Shown here piece after piece: positions 55,512 through 63,892 of a stretch of 64,000 nt of DNA (positions within the stretch are counted from its first letter, which is position 1; every line of letters begins with the position of its first letter). A model generated the notes under the pieces. The model ran no database searches. It was not told where the DNA came from and worked only from the letters and a program-made list of their open reading frames with translations. This stretch comes from a virus (Duplodnaviria; Caudoviricetes): positions 10,260 to 74,259 of IMG/VR virus record IMGVR_UViG_3300009095_000015; one strand, written 5' to 3'. The position numbers and the translations under genes are program-made.

Positions 55512-55711
55512 ACTTCAAACCCCATATCAGGTTGCTTCCGTAGGCCACAACGCCTACATAGCGTAGGTAATATCAAATTACCTTTACCAGAACCATAATG
55601 CTCGGACGTATCCGTACTAAATGCAAAGGGGTAAACCCACGTTCCATATCCATTGAAACTTCCCTTATGGTGTTAGCGCGTTACATGCAGGCGCACCATA
55701 GGAGTGCCACC

Positions 55712-55740
55712 ATTATAACATCGCCCGGCTAGCCTGTCTA
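55712..55740 (-). promoter_or_regulatory. sigma70-type promoter
   Basis: Minus strand TAGACA, 17-nt spacer, TGn plus perfect TATAAT. Confidence 0.7.
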
Positions 55741-55752
55741 TGGCCACGTCCG

Positions 55753-55854
55753 GCGGCCTGCCGGGGTTGTGACGGCGTTGGGGCGCGGCCTGCCGGGGTT
55801 GTGACGGCGTTGGCATTGGGGGGGGGCTGGGCGGTACTGGCACGCCCCCCCCCC
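55753..55854. repeat. 29-bp direct repeat x2 followed by G9/C10 inverted homopolymers
   Basis: GCGGCCTGCCGGGGTTGTGACGGCGTTGG at 55753 and 55785; G-run 55818-55826; C-run 55845-55854. Confidence 0.9.
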
Positions 55855-55862
55855 GGTGCGGG

Positions 55863-57308
55863 CTACTCTTCGTCTTCCCCCTCACCTTTCTCTTTAGCTT
55901 TCTTTACCTTTGCCGTAATGGCATTCTTTGTTGCTTCCAAATAAAGGTCGTAACCTTTACCAGACTGCAATTGAGAGCGGCACCATTCATAAATGCGCAA
56001 AGGCTTCGGAGCGCCAAGCTTCTTACATCCGACTTTAATCAATTCGCGGTCGCCATCTACGAGCGCCTTGAATTCCAACCACGAAACAACCTTGCCGGCG
56101 AATGGAGTGTTATCTCCGAATTTAATCTTGTTACGCTGCCCGCTAATCTGACCTGTTGATTTCAAATACGTGTAGCAGTCCCACACGCGGTCGAACCCAA
56201 GACCTTCGCCGCTTTCGTTGGAAACGTAAAGGCGTAAGATCATGTCGGCTTTTTGCGGACCCCCGAGCTTGTTCTTGAAGGCGTGACATTTGATATAACG
56301 GTAGGTGTCAACACCCTCACCAGAAAGCGAAGGCTCTTCCTCCATCATGCCCTTCCCGTGCGGAATGGAAATGGGAGTCATACGGAAACGGCAATCCGAA
56401 AAGAATCGTAGTGCAGTGCCACAAGGCTCTTTCTTGTCCGGGCCATACATAGCCATCGGAACTTCGCGAAGTTGGTTGATGCCGAGAACCATAACGCGCT
56501 TTTCGCGCATACGGCCTTTAACTCGTTTCAAACCTTCTGCGAACATCCGTGCCTGACTTGCAAGACCGTCCGTCCCATCGTCTTTCTCGTCCGCGCGGCG
56601 ACTGAGCATCGCAGGATAGGAGTCACACAGGATTACGGCTTGAGGCAGGCCATGAGGTGCAGGGACTTTGAGCTTGTTAAAGCGCTTCAAGTACGCACTG
56701 TCGTAGAAACCTTTGAGGAGTTTCAGGTTTTCTTTCGTGTGTTCGTAAATGTAGTAGTATTTACTATCGATCAGGTGAACCGACGGCAAAGTCTTCAGCA
56801 GGTTGGAAAGGAAATCGAAGAAATCCTCACCTACAGAGGGTGCGTAGTAACGAATGCGCGGAGGTACTACGTACTCGCCATCTTTGTTCTTCACGCCGAA
56901 TACGGATTCGACGGTGCGCGACTTTCCGTTGCCGTTGTACTTCCACATCTTTTCGGCATAGGATGCGTCGAAAGAACCTTCGTAGTCGAAGAATGCAGAA
57001 ATACCTAGGAAGTCTTCCTGTCGAATAATCGATCCCATCACGGTGATTGCGAGTGTGGTTTTACACGACTGCTCTTCACCGAAGAAAGTATACCAGCCGC
57101 CAGCAAGCAGGCCGCCAGCAGTCATCAAATTCAGACAAAGGTTGCCGGAATCAAGGCGATCTTCCTTTTCACTCACGGACATAGAAGTAAGACCGAACTT
57201 CTTTTCCATGGTGTCTAGCTTTACATCCAGATTGGCGTAAGCATTAAAACTGGGGGCCACAGCCGACACAGCGATAGCTTTTTTTCTCGGAGCCATTGGA
57301 CTCTCCAA
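55863..57308 (-). CDS. recA: RecA/UvsX-like recombinase
   Basis: FGEEQSCKTT, FDYEGSFD, CDS...M, QAR.....L, INQLR and ALRFFSD.R. Confidence 0.92.
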   Translation of the reverse strand: MESPMAPRKKAIAVSAVAPSFNAYANLDVKLDTMEKKFGLTSMSVSEKEDRLDSGNLCLNLMTAGGLLAGGWYTFFGEEQSCKTTLAITVMGSIIRQEDFLGISAFFDYEGSFDASYAEKMWKYNGNGKSRTVESVFGVKNKDGEYVVPPRIRYYAPSVGEDFFDFLSNLLKTLPSVHLIDSKYYYIYEHTKENLKLLKGFYDSAYLKRFNKLKVPAPHGLPQAVILCDSYPAMLSRRADEKDDGTDGLASQARMFAEGLKRVKGRMREKRVMVLGINQLREVPMAMYGPDKKEPCGTALRFFSDCRFRMTPISIPHGKGMMEEEPSLSGEGVDTYRYIKCHAFKNKLGGPQKADMILRLYVSNESGEGLGFDRVWDCYTYLKSTGQISGQRNKIKFGDNTPFAGKVVSWLEFKALVDGDRELIKVGCKKLGAPKPLRIYEWCRSQLQSGKGYDLYLEATKNAITAKVKKAKEKGEGEDEE

Positions 57309-57315
57309 ACGTGCG

Positions 57316-57337
57316 AAAGGGCGACTACTGCCGCCCT
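57316..57337 (-). terminator. weak terminator-like hairpin
   Basis: AGGGCG...CGCCCT followed by TT. Confidence 0.45.
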
Positions 57338-57349
57338 ACGCATTGTTGA

Positions 57350-58627
57350 TTAACGACGAACCTTCTTCTTCACAGGCGCGGTGGAAGTGCTGGAAGTTTT
57401 CTTTTTCTTCACAGGTGCGTCACCGCTAGAGCTGCGCTTGACACTGCTCTTTTTGCGAACAGGCTTGTCGTCTTCGTCGTCGTCATCGATGGAAGAACGC
57501 TTAGACTTAGCAGCCGGCTTGCTACTGGACTTGACACTGCTCTTTTTGCGAACAGGCTTGTCGTCGTCATCGTCATCGTCATCGAGAGAAGAACGTTTCT
57601 TTTTACGTACCGGCTTGTCGTCATCATCGTCATCGAAAGGACGCTTACCCTTTTTCTTCACGGGTTTGTCATCGTCGTCATCGTCGAGAGAAGAACGCTT
57701 TTTCTTTTTACGTACCGGCTTGTCGTCTTCATCGTCGTCATCGTCGAGAGAAGAACGCTTTTTCTTTTTACGTACCGGCTTGTCGTCTTCATCGTCGTCA
57801 TCGTCGAGGGAACGGCTGCGGCGGGAACGGGAAGGCTTGTCATCATCGTCATAGTGAGGGATATCACCGACAATTTCCATGCGCTTGATATCTTCCAAAG
57901 CCTGCTCTTCGGACAAGCGACCAGCCATATCAAGAAGCTCTTCGCGCAAATCCCAAACGAGATACTTCTTTTCTTCTGCGGTAAGAGGAACACCGCCACC
58001 GTCAACCTTGTCGATGGAGTATTTGTCAGTGCCCGGTGCATCTTTTTTGTATTTGATGCGAACGTCGAAGCCGTGCTCCGGGTGCGTAGCGTCGTATTGC
58101 TTTTTCGAACCCTTTTCGCGCTTGATGTTGTCTTCGCTGAGTTCTTGCATACGTGCGACCATCGTGCTGGTAACGCGCACAACGCGAACAGGCGTCCACG
58201 AGTCAGAACGGATATCCTTGAAACCGGAAGTGCGTTCTTCCTTGGTCGGCTTTCCGGCCCGGCGTGGCGGACCTTCTTCCTGCTTATCGCGATCAATGGC
58301 ATTCATAAGCCAGAAGTCGGAAACGCGAACAGGGCTGTCTTTCTCACCCGTTGCCAATTCGGAATAGGGGCAACGGATTCCCTTTTTCGGGACGCTCGGA
58401 TTGTTGGGGTCAAAGTTGACGACGAAACGCGGAATTGTGATTTCACGTTTTTCTTCGCGGCCGGCAAAAATCTTGATCCAAGCCTGACGAACGTGCAGAG
58501 GGTCGGTTTCCAAAAAGCGAAGGATAACCCACTGCTTATCGGGAAACGTAACCATGTCAACCAGTTCATCCAGACGCAGCGAGTCTCTGCGGCTGGGCGT
58601 TTTCATACCGGCGAAACCTTTACTCAT
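57350..58627 (-). CDS. single-stranded DNA-binding protein (T4 gp32-like) with charged repeat tail
   Basis: Between sigma-like and recA genes; ILRFL, CP..E, NAI.R and YD.T.PE.GFD..I.Y resemble the gp32 core. Confidence 0.7.
   Translation of the reverse strand: MSKGFAGMKTPSRRDSLRLDELVDMVTFPDKQWVILRFLETDPLHVRQAWIKIFAGREEKREITIPRFVVNFDPNNPSVPKKGIRCPYSELATGEKDSPVRVSDFWLMNAIDRDKQEEGPPRRAGKPTKEERTSGFKDIRSDSWTPVRVVRVTSTMVARMQELSEDNIKREKGSKKQYDATHPEHGFDVRIKYKKDAPGTDKYSIDKVDGGGVPLTAEEKKYLVWDLREELLDMAGRLSEEQALEDIKRMEIVGDIPHYDDDDKPSRSRRSRSLDDDDDEDDKPVRKKKKRSSLDDDDDEDDKPVRKKKKRSSLDDDDDDKPVKKKGKRPFDDDDDDKPVRKKKRSSLDDDDDDDDKPVRKKSSVKSSSKPAAKSKRSSIDDDDEDDKPVRKKSSVKRSSSGDAPVKKKKTSSTSTAPVKKKVRR
57669..57807. 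repeat. perfect 60-bp tandem repeat (~2.3 copies) inside the SSB tail
   Basis: Encodes SLDDDDDEDDKPVRKKKKRS. Confidence 0.95.
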
Positions 58628-58660
58628 GAAATGCCTCTCATTTTTCTATGTAGCGATCTG

Positions 58661-59692
58661 CTACATCACATTTACAGTTTCTGCGAGAGTACCCTCTTCA
58701 AGCATGTGCTCCCGCATAAGGGCACGCTCGCTTTCGGTAAAATACTCACCAATGTCTAGAGTCAATCGCGCAATACCATGCAGATCAGCAAGCTTCGCGA
58801 TCCGCTGCACACGCGTAGTAGACTCTTCACGTCCGATATCTTCATCCAGATCGTTGGCGTGCGCCAACACACCATGCAAAGCTAGCGTTTCCTCGTCACT
58901 CTCGCTGTAGAGAGCATCCAAACTGACACTAAAATTGCTTTCTGTTGCACCGCCGTCATACAGCTTTTTACGCTGTGCTTGTGGGATCGTATAAGCAATC
59001 CCGTATTCATGCTCCCTAGTCGTAGTGGTCGCGTTCTTCGCCCACGTGTTGATATAGGAAGTTAACGCTCCTTTTCGGCTGTCATATTTGTCCAGCGCGG
59101 TAATCAACGAGCGTAAAATCGATTGACGCAAGTCGGCAAAGCTGCTTTTGTTGCTTGACATTGACGTGTGGGCTTTGGCCAGCTTGCTGCTGTTTTTCAC
59201 GTAGTGCCCGACCACGGTGCCACGGTAGTCGTAAAAGCGCGCAATGTAGGACGTGGCAATGTTTATCGCTTTGTAAAGCTGTGCGCGATTGCAGTTCCCT
59301 ACAGCGCGTGCATGATCGTTGAGTTTTTTGCGCGCTTCTGCACTAGGACTAAGCATGAAGTCACGGTAAGCCTCTAGGAACCATGCGTTAGCTTCTACGA
59401 AGTTTCTAATAAAAGCATGAGAGAAGTGCCGCTCTATCCTAGCGGCACGGATATACTCATACTTTTTCTTGCGGTCTGGATTCGCAAGGTATGCGGCCAG
59501 TTTGCACACAACGTCTTCACGTTCAAGTGAACTGAGTTTTCTTTTTCTGTTAGTTGATATCAGCACCAGCAGATAATCAACCTGCGCATCGAAGGCATCT
59601 GTGTATACAACAATTGGCTCAAGTGCTTTGTAAAGCAACATGTCCATAATGTGCTGAATCTGTTCACCTGTCAGGTTTTTGTCGGCTGCCAT
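58661..59692 (-). CDS. divergent sigma70-family RNA polymerase sigma factor
   Basis: DLRQSILRSLITALDKYDSRKGALTSYINTW matches region 2.2-2.3; later VSLD motif. Confidence 0.65.
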   Translation of the reverse strand: MAADKNLTGEQIQHIMDMLLYKALEPIVVYTDAFDAQVDYLLVLISTNRKRKLSSLEREDVVCKLAAYLANPDRKKKYEYIRAARIERHFSHAFIRNFVEANAWFLEAYRDFMLSPSAEARKKLNDHARAVGNCNRAQLYKAINIATSYIARFYDYRGTVVGHYVKNSSKLAKAHTSMSSNKSSFADLRQSILRSLITALDKYDSRKGALTSYINTWAKNATTTTREHEYGIAYTIPQAQRKKLYDGGATESNFSVSLDALYSESDEETLALHGVLAHANDLDEDIGREESTTRVQRIAKLADLHGIARLTLDIGEYFTESERALMREHMLEEGTLAETVNVM

Positions 59693-59719
59693 GCTTACTC
59701 CAGCAGTGTGGCACGCCGA

Positions 59720-60106
59720 CTAAACGTTGTCGGCGAAACCAAAGAGCACGTAATTCTGTTTTCGGCGTTTCGCCATACCAAGCATGTCGAAGAAGGCATC
59801 AGGGAAAACGTCGCTGTAAGCTTCATCAAAAATCTCACCTGTCTGCACGTTGCAGATTAGCTGGTCGTAATCAAAACCGACCAACTCTCGGTACAGATAC
59901 ATGATGCAGTCCTTAGCTTTTAGTGATTGCGCTAGGCCGCTTTTACGCGTGTCGTGCTTACGTGCGCCTTTGTCTCCGAGTATCGACAAGTTCTGGCAAG
60001 AAGAGGATGCAATGAAGCGTGCGAAAGTTTCATTGCACATAAATTCGTAGTGATCGCCGTCACTGGGGGACTTGGTGAAGGCGAGTGCGTATGCCTGTAT
60101 ATTCAT
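59720..60106 (-). CDS. hypothetical protein (128 aa)
   Basis: In-operon ORF. Confidence 0.6.
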   Translation of the reverse strand: MNIQAYALAFTKSPSDGDHYEFMCNETFARFIASSSCQNLSILGDKGARKHDTRKSGLAQSLKAKDCIMYLYRELVGFDYDQLICNVQTGEIFDEAYSDVFPDAFFDMLGMAKRRKQNYVLFGFADNV

Positions 60107-60149
60107 CGGTATTTACAGTTTTTTAATGCACGTCCTTGTGCAGCCGTAT

Positions 60150-60800
60150 TCAATGAGCGAGAGGTGCGGAGCCGTGCGCAGCGTCAGCCAAACACTCAAC
60201 CAGAAGCTTAGGTGCGTCTAGAGGTTCGCTGCTTTCGAGCTTGGGAGGGACCGGCGCGGTGCCAGTGGCCTCTTCAAAAGCATTCAAACGTGCGTAGAAT
60301 TCTACGATTTCTTTCAAGGAAAGACACTCGCAGGTTTCGATACCGGCGCGTTCAAAGCGGCCTGCGTCCATGTGATCGACGGCATAGACACGACTCGGCG
60401 TGTAAGGGAACGAAATATATTCACGGCTGCGTCCGCTTGTAAAAGTCGTGCCGCCCTCCCCCACAAAGATACGAAAATCAATGTCGTAGGAGCGCCCTGT
60501 ACTTTTTTCTTTAAACACATGCCCACAGCGGCGATGTTGGTAAAAATCGTCGCCAACATCAATCCAATCGTCAGCATCGTCAGCAATTGGTGTAATAGGC
60601 TCTTGGCGCAAAAGCTTTGTCAGCGTAGCGGTCAAATAACTGATAGAAAAACCCGAGTGGCCTTGAGCATCAACCAGCTCGCAAATCTGTTTCAGGTTGT
60701 CATTCATCATTTGCTGCATGCTGATCGCACTTTCGTCACCGGACGCGACCGCTTGCGCCATGAGAAGCTCTAACTCACGCTCTACAAAACTCATACTCAT
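60150..60800 (-). CDS. conserved phage protein (QGHSG...PITP...W...Q..RC..VFK family), possibly Tad3-like
   Basis: Motif string seen directly; the family name comes from memory and is unverified. Confidence 0.5.
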   Translation of the reverse strand: MSMSFVERELELLMAQAVASGDESAISMQQMMNDNLKQICELVDAQGHSGFSISYLTATLTKLLRQEPITPIADDADDWIDVGDDFYQHRRCGHVFKEKSTGRSYDIDFRIFVGEGGTTFTSGRSREYISFPYTPSRVYAVDHMDAGRFERAGIETCECLSLKEIVEFYARLNAFEEATGTAPVPPKLESSEPLDAPKLLVECLADAAHGSAPLAH

Positions 60801-60815
60801 TACAACTCTCCTTGC

Positions 60816-61463
60816 TTATAAATCTTTTTCCATGGCAATCTTGGCCAGCGCAATAATGTGCTTACAGCAGCCAAATGCCATACGTGGGTTAGTCCAGACA
60901 GGAGGCTCGCCGTTGCTATACATTATGTATGAAGCACCGTACCGAGCGTTTGCGTACTCAAAATAGTACATGAAATTCTGGCAGGAACACTGTACTATGA
61001 CTTTCTTGTGAGTGTGGACCGGTTTCGTCTGATCATCATCCAACCCGATGATGAAAGTTTCGTGATAGCGGCGCGTTTTGTCTGGCCGGAACGGGCAATT
61101 AGTCCACATGATGCCCTGCACAGCAGGCTTGCCCGTACGTGTTTTCATTTTCTTGTAGCGATGCGCTTCAACCGAGACTGCATTATTTATGAAAAGTCTC
61201 GGAGTGTTACGCACTAGCTGCCGCAAGGAGAGACCTTTTTTCGTGTAATAGGTCTCTTCAAGCATCCGCATTTCTCCCTTTTCGGGAGGCTTCATCTTAA
61301 AGGGAATTCCGCGTACGGTTACTGGGCGTGCAGCCTTGGGTTTAGCGGCCTTGCCGCTTTTCACACGCTTCGCCGTAGCTTCAGCTTGCTTGACAGCACT
61401 GCTTGGTTTTGCTTTAGCTGAAGACTTTTTTCGCTTTACTGATTGCGTCTTGATTTTTGCCAC
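60816..61463 (-). CDS. SWIM-type Zn-finger protein (start revised to GTG 61463)
   Basis: CSC..F...CKH; SD GGAGG precedes the GTG just after the upstream TAG. Confidence 0.75.
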   Translation of the reverse strand: MAKIKTQSVKRKKSSAKAKPSSAVKQAEATAKRVKSGKAAKPKAARPVTVRGIPFKMKPPEKGEMRMLEETYYTKKGLSLRQLVRNTPRLFINNAVSVEAHRYKKMKTRTGKPAVQGIMWTNCPFRPDKTRRYHETFIIGLDDDQTKPVHTHKKVIVQCSCQNFMYYFEYANARYGASYIMYSNGEPPVWTNPRMAFGCCKHIIALAKIAMEKDL

Positions 61464-61464
61464 G

Positions 61465-62154
61465 CTACCCTCCCAGTTGACGGCTAATGCGAGCAAACAA
61501 AGAGGGATCGGCCGTCAAGGCGACGAGTTTGTTACCCTTTTTAATTTTCTCAGCGTCGCGCAACATTGTGCATGTGATATCAAGAATATACTCGCCGCTA
61601 TCAGGCAAAGGCAAGATTTCGTCTTTGTAAAGGCGCACGTGAATTTTCTGCGCATAGAAATCTTCGGTGTCTTTGAACATAGGATCGGCTGCGAAAAAAC
61701 GCTGCAACGTCCCGGCCACCTTGACTTTGAAACCAACCATACGAGCCTGATAAACAACGGTATGAACCACAGCAGGATCGATCACGCACGATACAGAACC
61801 GCCGGGCTTCAGCACTCGGTACAACTCACGGATAACAAGATTTTTGGTGTTACGCCACCCGCGTGGTGTCAGCCAGTTGTACGTGTAGAAATCATTCAGG
61901 TCAGAGACAAAGATGCGCCAAAACATGTCAGGCTTAAAGCGGCGTAGAGTTTTAACAAGCGGCCCTTGGATGAGGTCAAGCCTGTCGCTTTTGCATACGC
62001 GGCGTTCCATAGAATGGTTGAAGCTGGCAACAATGTGTCCGTTGTGTTTCGTACAACGGCTGATGGCAGGTATGTCACCGCTGACAATACAGCCGCAATT
62101 ATACAGACTCATTACATCCATATCTTCTTCCCACACAGGTACGTGGCGCATCAT
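61465..62154 (-). CDS. degenerate N4/N6 DNA methyltransferase-like protein
   Basis: ELYRVLKPGGS retained; DPPY and FxGxG absent. Confidence 0.55.
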   Translation of the reverse strand: MMRHVPVWEEDMDVMSLYNCGCIVSGDIPAISRCTKHNGHIVASFNHSMERRVCKSDRLDLIQGPLVKTLRRFKPDMFWRIFVSDLNDFYTYNWLTPRGWRNTKNLVIRELYRVLKPGGSVSCVIDPAVVHTVVYQARMVGFKVKVAGTLQRFFAADPMFKDTEDFYAQKIHVRLYKDEILPLPDSGEYILDITCTMLRDAEKIKKGNKLVALTADPSLFARISRQLGG

Positions 62155-62161
62155 TCAACCC

Positions 62162-62452
62162 TCAGTCAGGGGCAGGGCCGGCTCCGCTTACCCACGCATT
62201 TACAGATTCTATGAAGCGGCCGTACTCCACGAGCACAGACGGGTCTATTTCGCGCAAGGTGTGCACAACGTCTCCGTTGCACAACAGCTCAAATATAAAA
62301 GCGGGCTGGCCAGAGTCAGTATCAAGGGAAGCCATAGCGACGTAGCTATTCCCATCTATATCAAAGCTGCGATGAAAGGCACACATTTCACGAAGACGGT
62401 AAAGCTCCGACAAGACTTTTTGTAGACTCTCGTAAATATTTTGAAACTTCAT
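62162..62452 (-). CDS. hypothetical protein (96 aa)
   Basis: In-operon ORF. Confidence 0.5.
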   Translation of the reverse strand: MKFQNIYESLQKVLSELYRLREMCAFHRSFDIDGNSYVAMASLDTDSGQPAFIFELLCNGDVVHTLREIDPSVLVEYGRFIESVNAWVSGAGPAPD

Positions 62453-63143
62453 TGAACGTCCCTACCATTGTATGTTGACTTTTTTCCAGTGCTTTTGCGT
62501 AGTCATCAAGCTGCGAGCTGCCTGCAATATCAGCTACTACAGCATCGTATAGAGAATCAAAAAATCCACTTTCTATACAAGGAAAATCGCAGCAGCCTAC
62601 AGCGTCAAAGTATAAGGTGCCGACCGTGTACCGTGAAGCGTCGTTTACAGCGGCATTAAAAATGCTGACAAGGTTTCTTACGTGCAGCCGCGAAGCGGTT
62701 TCTACTGTGACGTTGCCGTAAGTTTTTTGCTCAAGCGTAGCCTGCCATATTGCGGCGATGTTGGATTCATGCCGCTGGACTTTCTGGAAGTCGGCAACAC
62801 TGTAGTCGATATTTTCTTTAACGCGATCTAAAATCCGCTCTATCGCGAAGAGTTCAACTCGACCTGCGTACCATGCGGGTTCGGCTATAGTAGTCCGGGC
62901 TACATTTTCCAGAAGATCGGCGCGCGCTCGGACTCTGTTGGTTTCAGACTCGTCAGGGTCTTTATGAATTTCACGAGATAAAACAGTCTTACTGTGTGAG
63001 CGCGTGCCTTCAGCTACGGAGGAAGCAAGCGCGAAACGGCGGTCCTCCGCTAATTCATGTAACACACGGATAAATTCTAGTTTGGTGTAACATGCACCGC
63101 CGACGGAGTAAATGATTTGATCTACGGAATGAAGCCAGTGCAT
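62388..63143 (-). CDS. hypothetical protein (251 aa)
   Basis: SD GGAG upstream; follows a terminator. Confidence 0.6.
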   Translation of the reverse strand: MHWLHSVDQIIYSVGGACYTKLEFIRVLHELAEDRRFALASSVAEGTRSHSKTVLSREIHKDPDESETNRVRARADLLENVARTTIAEPAWYAGRVELFAIERILDRVKENIDYSVADFQKVQRHESNIAAIWQATLEQKTYGNVTVETASRLHVRNLVSIFNAAVNDASRYTVGTLYFDAVGCCDFPCIESGFFDSLYDAVVADIAGSSQLDDYAKALEKSQHTMVGTFNEVSKYLRESTKSLVGALPSS

Positions 63144-63160
63144 AAAATTCTCCAGAAATG

Positions 63161-63186
63161 AAAAAAGGGGCCAGCTGGCCCCTTTT
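63161..63186. terminator. bidirectional terminator (perfect 24-bp palindrome)
   Basis: AAAAGGGGCCAGCTGGCCCCTTTT. Confidence 0.85.
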
Positions 63187-63198
63187 CGTGACTTCGAA

Positions 63199-63780
63199 TC
63201 AATCCAGTTCGAAGTCGTCGTAGTCAGCGCGCTTCTTCTTTCTCACCGGAGCTTCTTCAGCTTCAGCACGCTTCTTCTTCTTTTTCACCGGAGCTTCTTC
63301 AGCAACGGCCTTCTTCTTCTTTTTCACCGGAGCTTCTTCAGCGGCGGCCTTCTTCCTTTTCACCGGGGCTGCGGCTTCAGCCTTCGGCTTGCGGCCACGC
63401 TTCGGAGCTTCTTCGGCAGCGGCAGCGGCAGGCTTGCGGCCACGGGTAGCCTTGACGGGTTCAGCTTCAGCCTTCGGCTTGCGGCCACGCTTCGGAGCTT
63501 CTTCGGCAGCGGCAGCGGCAGGCTTGCGGCCACGGGTAGCCTTGACGGGTTCAGCGGCAGCGGCAGGCTTGCGACCACGGGTAGCCTTGACAGGTTCAGC
63601 GGATTCGCCGTTCATTTGGCTTTCGATAGTCGCGATTTCCTGCTCAAGGGCAGCGCGCTGTGCTTCCATGCTTTCGTTGGATTTTTCCAGAGACTTGACA
63701 GCAGCATCAATAGAACGCAGTTGCTTGCGCAGCTTGCTGACCTGTTGCTTACCGTTGACGGTTACGTCGTTCTTCGCCAT
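63199..63780 (-). CDS. histone-like nucleoid protein: coiled coil plus RGRKP and PVKKK repeats
   Basis: Five RGRKP (AT-hook-like) and four PV(K/R)(K/R)K motifs; Ala/Lys-rich. Confidence 0.75.
   Translation of the reverse strand: MAKNDVTVNGKQQVSKLRKQLRSIDAAVKSLEKSNESMEAQRAALEQEIATIESQMNGESAEPVKATRGRKPAAAAEPVKATRGRKPAAAAAEEAPKRGRKPKAEAEPVKATRGRKPAAAAAEEAPKRGRKPKAEAAAPVKRKKAAAEEAPVKKKKKAVAEEAPVKKKKKRAEAEEAPVRKKKRADYDDFELD
63374..63555. repeat. 90-bp direct repeat x2 in the histone-like gene
   Basis: Encodes AEPVKATRGRKPAAAAAEEAPKRGRKPKAE twice. Confidence 0.9.
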
Positions 63781-63816
63781 TTTTGGATTTTCCTTAATGG
63801 GTGGTTTAAAAGTGCG

Positions 63817-63848
63817 ATAAACCCCTACGCAAACATGAAGGGGTTTAT
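63817..63848. terminator. hairpin (ATAAACCCCT...AGGGGTTTAT)
   Basis: 10-bp perfect inverted repeat between genes. Confidence 0.6.
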
Positions 63849-63892
63849 CTCAAATACTCGTTTCCGATTCTTCAGGACGAGCTTAGACGGGA

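Noticed and set aside
55753-55813. Repeats as a CRISPR array (also 57669..57807 and 63374..63555)
   Set aside because: No unique spacers; only two copies, or in-frame coding repeats; no cas genes
55673-55885. 70-aa Pro-rich ORF
   Set aside because: Translation of GC homopolymers and repeats; runs across a promoter; no SD
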